DNA of 24,607 nucleotides from Albugo candida (Eukaryota): NCBI GenBank assembly GCA_040437565.1, contig JBDOQK010000061.1, positions 186,001 to 210,607 of the forward strand, read 5' to 3'. Shown piece by piece: positions 21,143 to 24,607 of this stretch (position 1 is its first letter; each line of letters starts with the position of its first letter). The notes under the pieces were generated by a model. It saw only the letters and a program-made list of their open reading frames with translations, ran no database searches and was not told where the DNA came from. The position numbers and the translations under genes were made by a program.

Positions 21143-23693
21143 AGGAGGAATCGCTCGTTGTTCAGCACTCACCTATTCTGTGATGAGCACTCAGCCTCCA
21201 TAAATTAATATATTATGGCATCTGATTGGTTCAAATAAGTATAATAAAGAATAAAAATCTAAAATAACGAGAATCGTTAATCAGCCCCCATCCTTCAGTA
21301 ATTGATGAAAATCATTGGTCTGTGAAAGTGCAGTGAAATGAAAACAATAAAATCAAAACAAACTTAGGTACCTGCAAATTTTGTACTACTTAATCTAAGT
21401 CTGTATCTAAATCTACTGCTGCAAGTGTTGCTGGTGCTCCTGGTGCTACTGTTACTTCTTGACGGCAGGTTCTGGTATTGTGACCTGACTTTTGGCATTT
21501 TCGACATGTTTGGCGATGCACAGGAGAAGCAAATGCAGCGCTTACATGCTAAAACTTCGATGGAAGTCGCTGCGTTGAGCTTGATGGCCTACCACGCGTG
21601 CGCACTTGCACAGAATCGTCGCTGGGACTGTCAAGATATAGTCTAGCAGCGCACGCTTACGATGATTAAGAGCATTTTAATACTCATCAGTAACCCTCTT
21701 TAATGCTTTCTCAATTCCAATTGGCATGGTCCCAGCCTCAATAGGAATTGGCATTGGCTGAACCAGCAACCAATGCTGATCAAAATCATTAACAGATACC
21801 AACATTACTTGGTGACAAAAAGCATGGGCGCAAGGATAGCCCATTCTAGATTTCAACAAGCCTACAAGTAAATTGTAGTTGATTTAGTTGCAGTTCATGG
21901 CACTTTGTCGCAATTACTTGCATTTAGTTGCAGTCTACAGATCTTGATAATTTCGGTCATCATTAAGCCACTTCTGGTACTGCCGATGAGATGCGCGCAG
22001 ACCTGCTACTGAAATCTACCTATGAAAACATGGAACCTAGTTGCATCGTGACTATAGCCCGCTGCTATGAGTTTTGCTGCACAATGATAGCAAGCTGACC
22101 TTCGCAGGAAAGGCGAACTGCTGAATTCACTGAGAGTAGATCCACTGCAATGAATGAAATTTCAGATACATATGACTGTTGCCAGCATAATCAGCATGCA
22201 ATACAACTTACTTGTCGAAACAGCGATCCCTTTTTTAAAGAAACATGGTCGCTCTCCACCCGGGATGTCGTTACATGCCCATAATGACGCTTATTGTACA
22301 AGAAAGCAGCAACAAACCACTACTTATAATCCAGCCAAGTTTTCTCAAAGTATCCCATCGAAGCTGCAGGGAAGGTGGCATCCATTACTTAAAGTTGGTT
22401 CGGAATTTAGCAATGGCTGTGGCGGCAACAAGTTGGTTTCAGGTTTGGTTAAATTCTTGCCAGTCTTCTGAGGTTTAAAATGCTGTCATTTGCTTGGCAA
22501 TAATGTTCTTGCTAATATGCCAGCGGTAAAGCAAGCAAGATGCATTGGAAAACGTCCTTAAAAGCGCGCTCATCAGCGTATGCTCCCGATCTGTGACAAA
22601 AGAGTGCTGCATGCGGCCACATCCTTGGAATTTTTTTAACATGACGCATTGCCCGTAAGTAGTCTGCCGAAGTCTCGTTCTCCATAAAGCAGTATACAAA
22701 TGTGAAGGTGCTATTTGTTGCTGTGATGCCAGTAATATGAAGGAGAGGGATTCCATATCTGTTGATTTGTAGGTAGCATCAATAAGTCAGACACGGCCAG
22801 CACTGTACTTGTTGCAAATCTACTTTGCAGAAGATGAGATAATCAGCAGGTGATTAGCCGCTGCAGAACATCATACTGAGAGAAGTAGTCACTGGGAGCA
22901 AGGCCATCTAATTAAGCTACCAGTAAAGATCGTCCAGCCAGCATCCTGTTGCGTTCTGCATGATGCAAGTTGTAGATATCTTGAGTTGTGGCCATGATAT
23001 TATTGTTTTGGCGCAGTGAAGTGACAATACGGCTGGGTGCCACACCATAACGACCCAGCATCAAGACTGATTGTCGGCTTTCTTTTGCTAAAAAGCGCAC
23101 TCTTGGATGCGCATACTAGTGATCAAAGGGAGCATGATTGTGTTCTCCATTGTCAATTTGCACTTGCAATTCACCAGACTTTTATTTCCGTGTGAACAAA
23201 CACCCAGTACTGCAGCTAAAAGAAACACGTTGGCGAGTACCTACACCCATCACTGGGGAGTTTGATTGCGAGCACGTAAGAATCAAAGCTTTAACTTCTC
23301 CATCTGCCTTATTGCCTATCTTTCTTTTGTGTTTGATAACAACAACATAGCCTTGTTGTACTGTAGTGCATGATCATCAATTACTGCCTTCGTCTGTTCA
23401 ATAGTAGTGAAGGCTAGCTGGGGTGGTTGTGTAAAGCTGTTCATTGTGGTTTCTAGAGGTGATGGAAGCGCAATTTCATTGTTTTCATTTCGTTGCATTT
23501 ATTCAGACCAATCAGAGGCCACGATTTTCATTAATTTATGAAGGGTGGGGCTGATTGGCGATTCCCGTAATTTTTATTTTTATTTTGTTAAACTTATTTT
23601 AAACAACCAAACGCCACTAATCTATTAATTTATGGAGGGTGAGTGCTGATTACAGAAAAGATGAGTGCTGAAAAACTATTTTTTTATACTCCC
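21143..23693 (-). mobile_element. Near full-length decayed FAR1-type MULE (family A, copy 1) with ~200-bp TIRs
   Basis: TIRs ~21143-21355 vs ~23472-23693 (TTCAGCACTCA...CTCCATAAATTAAT...AATCAGCCCC...GAAATGAAAACAAT). Minus-strand transposase relic ~21400-23450: NGEHNHAP, GVAPSRI..QDIYN, LIDATYKS (D), FVTDREHTLMSAL (D), LLYRWHISKN, HYGHVTTSRVES (E), GYPCAHAF, DQHWL. Frameshifted; no clean TSD. Confidence 0.92.
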
Positions 23694-23967
23694 TTGATAT
23701 TAATGCCTCATTTTTATCGTGAGCTGAAAATTGAAATTCCAGATTATCAGACAAAATCCTCATCAAGAGAAACAGAAAATAAAATACAAGACCCTGCAAT
23801 AGCAATGCAACAAATAGGGATTGTGTAGATAATCTGTAACCAACGACATCCAGGGAGCTTAAATCCGGAAGTACTGATATTACGTCCTTAGTTTACCTAA
23901 CAGTTAATCTAAGCCTTTACAAGCTACCGCATCTTATCTGCACATCCGTTATGTTGAATATCCAACA
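23694..23967 (-). repeat. 3' LTR of a Ty1/Copia retrotransposon (~275 bp; terminal CA apparently clipped)
   Basis: On the minus strand it starts TGTTGGATAT immediately after the PPT and ends ...ATATCAA abutting the MULE terminus. The distal boundary is inferred because no second LTR is in the window. Confidence 0.6.
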
Positions 23968-23976
23968 CTCCCCCTC
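23968..23976 (-). promoter_or_regulatory. Polypurine tract GAGGGGGAG of the Copia element
   Basis: Canonical Copia 'TTGAGGGGGAG|TGTTG' junction just downstream of the RNase H end. Confidence 0.85.
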
Positions 23977-23984
23977 AACATACT

Positions 23985-24385
23985 TAAACGGATTCCACTT
24001 GACTTAATGAGGTATTCGAAGTGTTTTGTCGAAACTGACCTTGTCAAGAAGTCGGCTAGTTGCAGATTCGTTGGGATGTACTCCAATCGGATAACTGCGG
24101 ATTTAATGTGCTGGCGAATAAAATGATGCCTGATGTCGATATACTTCGCTCGACTCTGTTAACCACTGTCTGATGCAATTGCGATTGCGCTCTGATTATC
24201 CACAAAAATTTGGATAGGCCTGTCGAACTGTTGTTCCATTTCTCGCAATAGCTCTTCACCCATATAATTTCTTGCACGCACACGGACATTGCCATGTATT
24301 CAGCTTCAGCTGAGCTAAGCGCAACAGTACTCAATTTGCCGGCTACTAAGTAACCCGCCAATTTAGTAAAAACAACTCGAAAAAA
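23985..24385 (-). pseudogene. Ty1/Copia pol RNase H domain fragment
   Basis: STVALSSAEAEYMAMS, then after a frameshift VDNQSAIAIA, RAKYIDIRHHFIR, LEYIPTNLQLADFLTR; all diagnostic Ty1/Copia RNase H motifs. Confidence 0.93.
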
Positions 24386-24607
24386 CAACTTTTTTCACCT
24401 CTTTCCTCTCGAAAACAATGGTTCAAGTCGACATATCGACACAACCAAGGGTGCTAGCGTCCACTTGTACTGACGTGGCAACCCTCATGAGTCACCCTGT
24501 TTTGGGTGATTGTATGATTGTTGATCAGTCATCACCCCTGTGTGATGACGTGGAAAGTACCCCCACCCCCAGTGTGACGGTCCTGGTCAATACCGGTACT
24601 ACAGGTG

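Noticed and set aside
21425-21646. Short ORF with a hydrophobic N-terminus (MLLVLLVLLLLL) resembling a secreted peptide
   Set aside because: GTG start, and antisense to the low-complexity C-terminus of the family-A transposase.
18008-23498. Active or domesticated (FAR1/MUSTANG-like) transposase genes
   Set aside because: All copies contain several stops and frameshifts, and some have mutated or deleted catalytic residues.

Overview
Eukaryotic, AT-rich, transposon-dominated scaffold segment with two 100-N gaps. It is most likely from the oomycete white-rust genus Albugo, inferred from the one intact gene. That gene is intronless (4656-6686, +, 676 aa from the first ATG) and encodes a signal peptide followed by CHQCLVISAG, the CHxC / CxxCxxxxxG ('CCG') effector signature. 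The protein appears to be built from about five diverged cysteine-patterned modules. Almost everything else is decayed mobile DNA: at least six Mutator-like (MULE) transposase relics from at least three families, several non-autonomous TIR elements (one probably Merlin-derived), a pogo-like DDE relic, and two Ty1/Copia fragments (one with PPT and LTR), with clear nesting. Main points of interest are the modular effector architecture, a TIR element ending 46 bp before the effector ATG that seems to replace a displaced CCAAT box, recurrent 8-bp AT-rich target-site duplications, and a recurring one-sided duplication of the terminal TIR motif across unrelated families. All calls come from manual reading and translation; no database searches were run.
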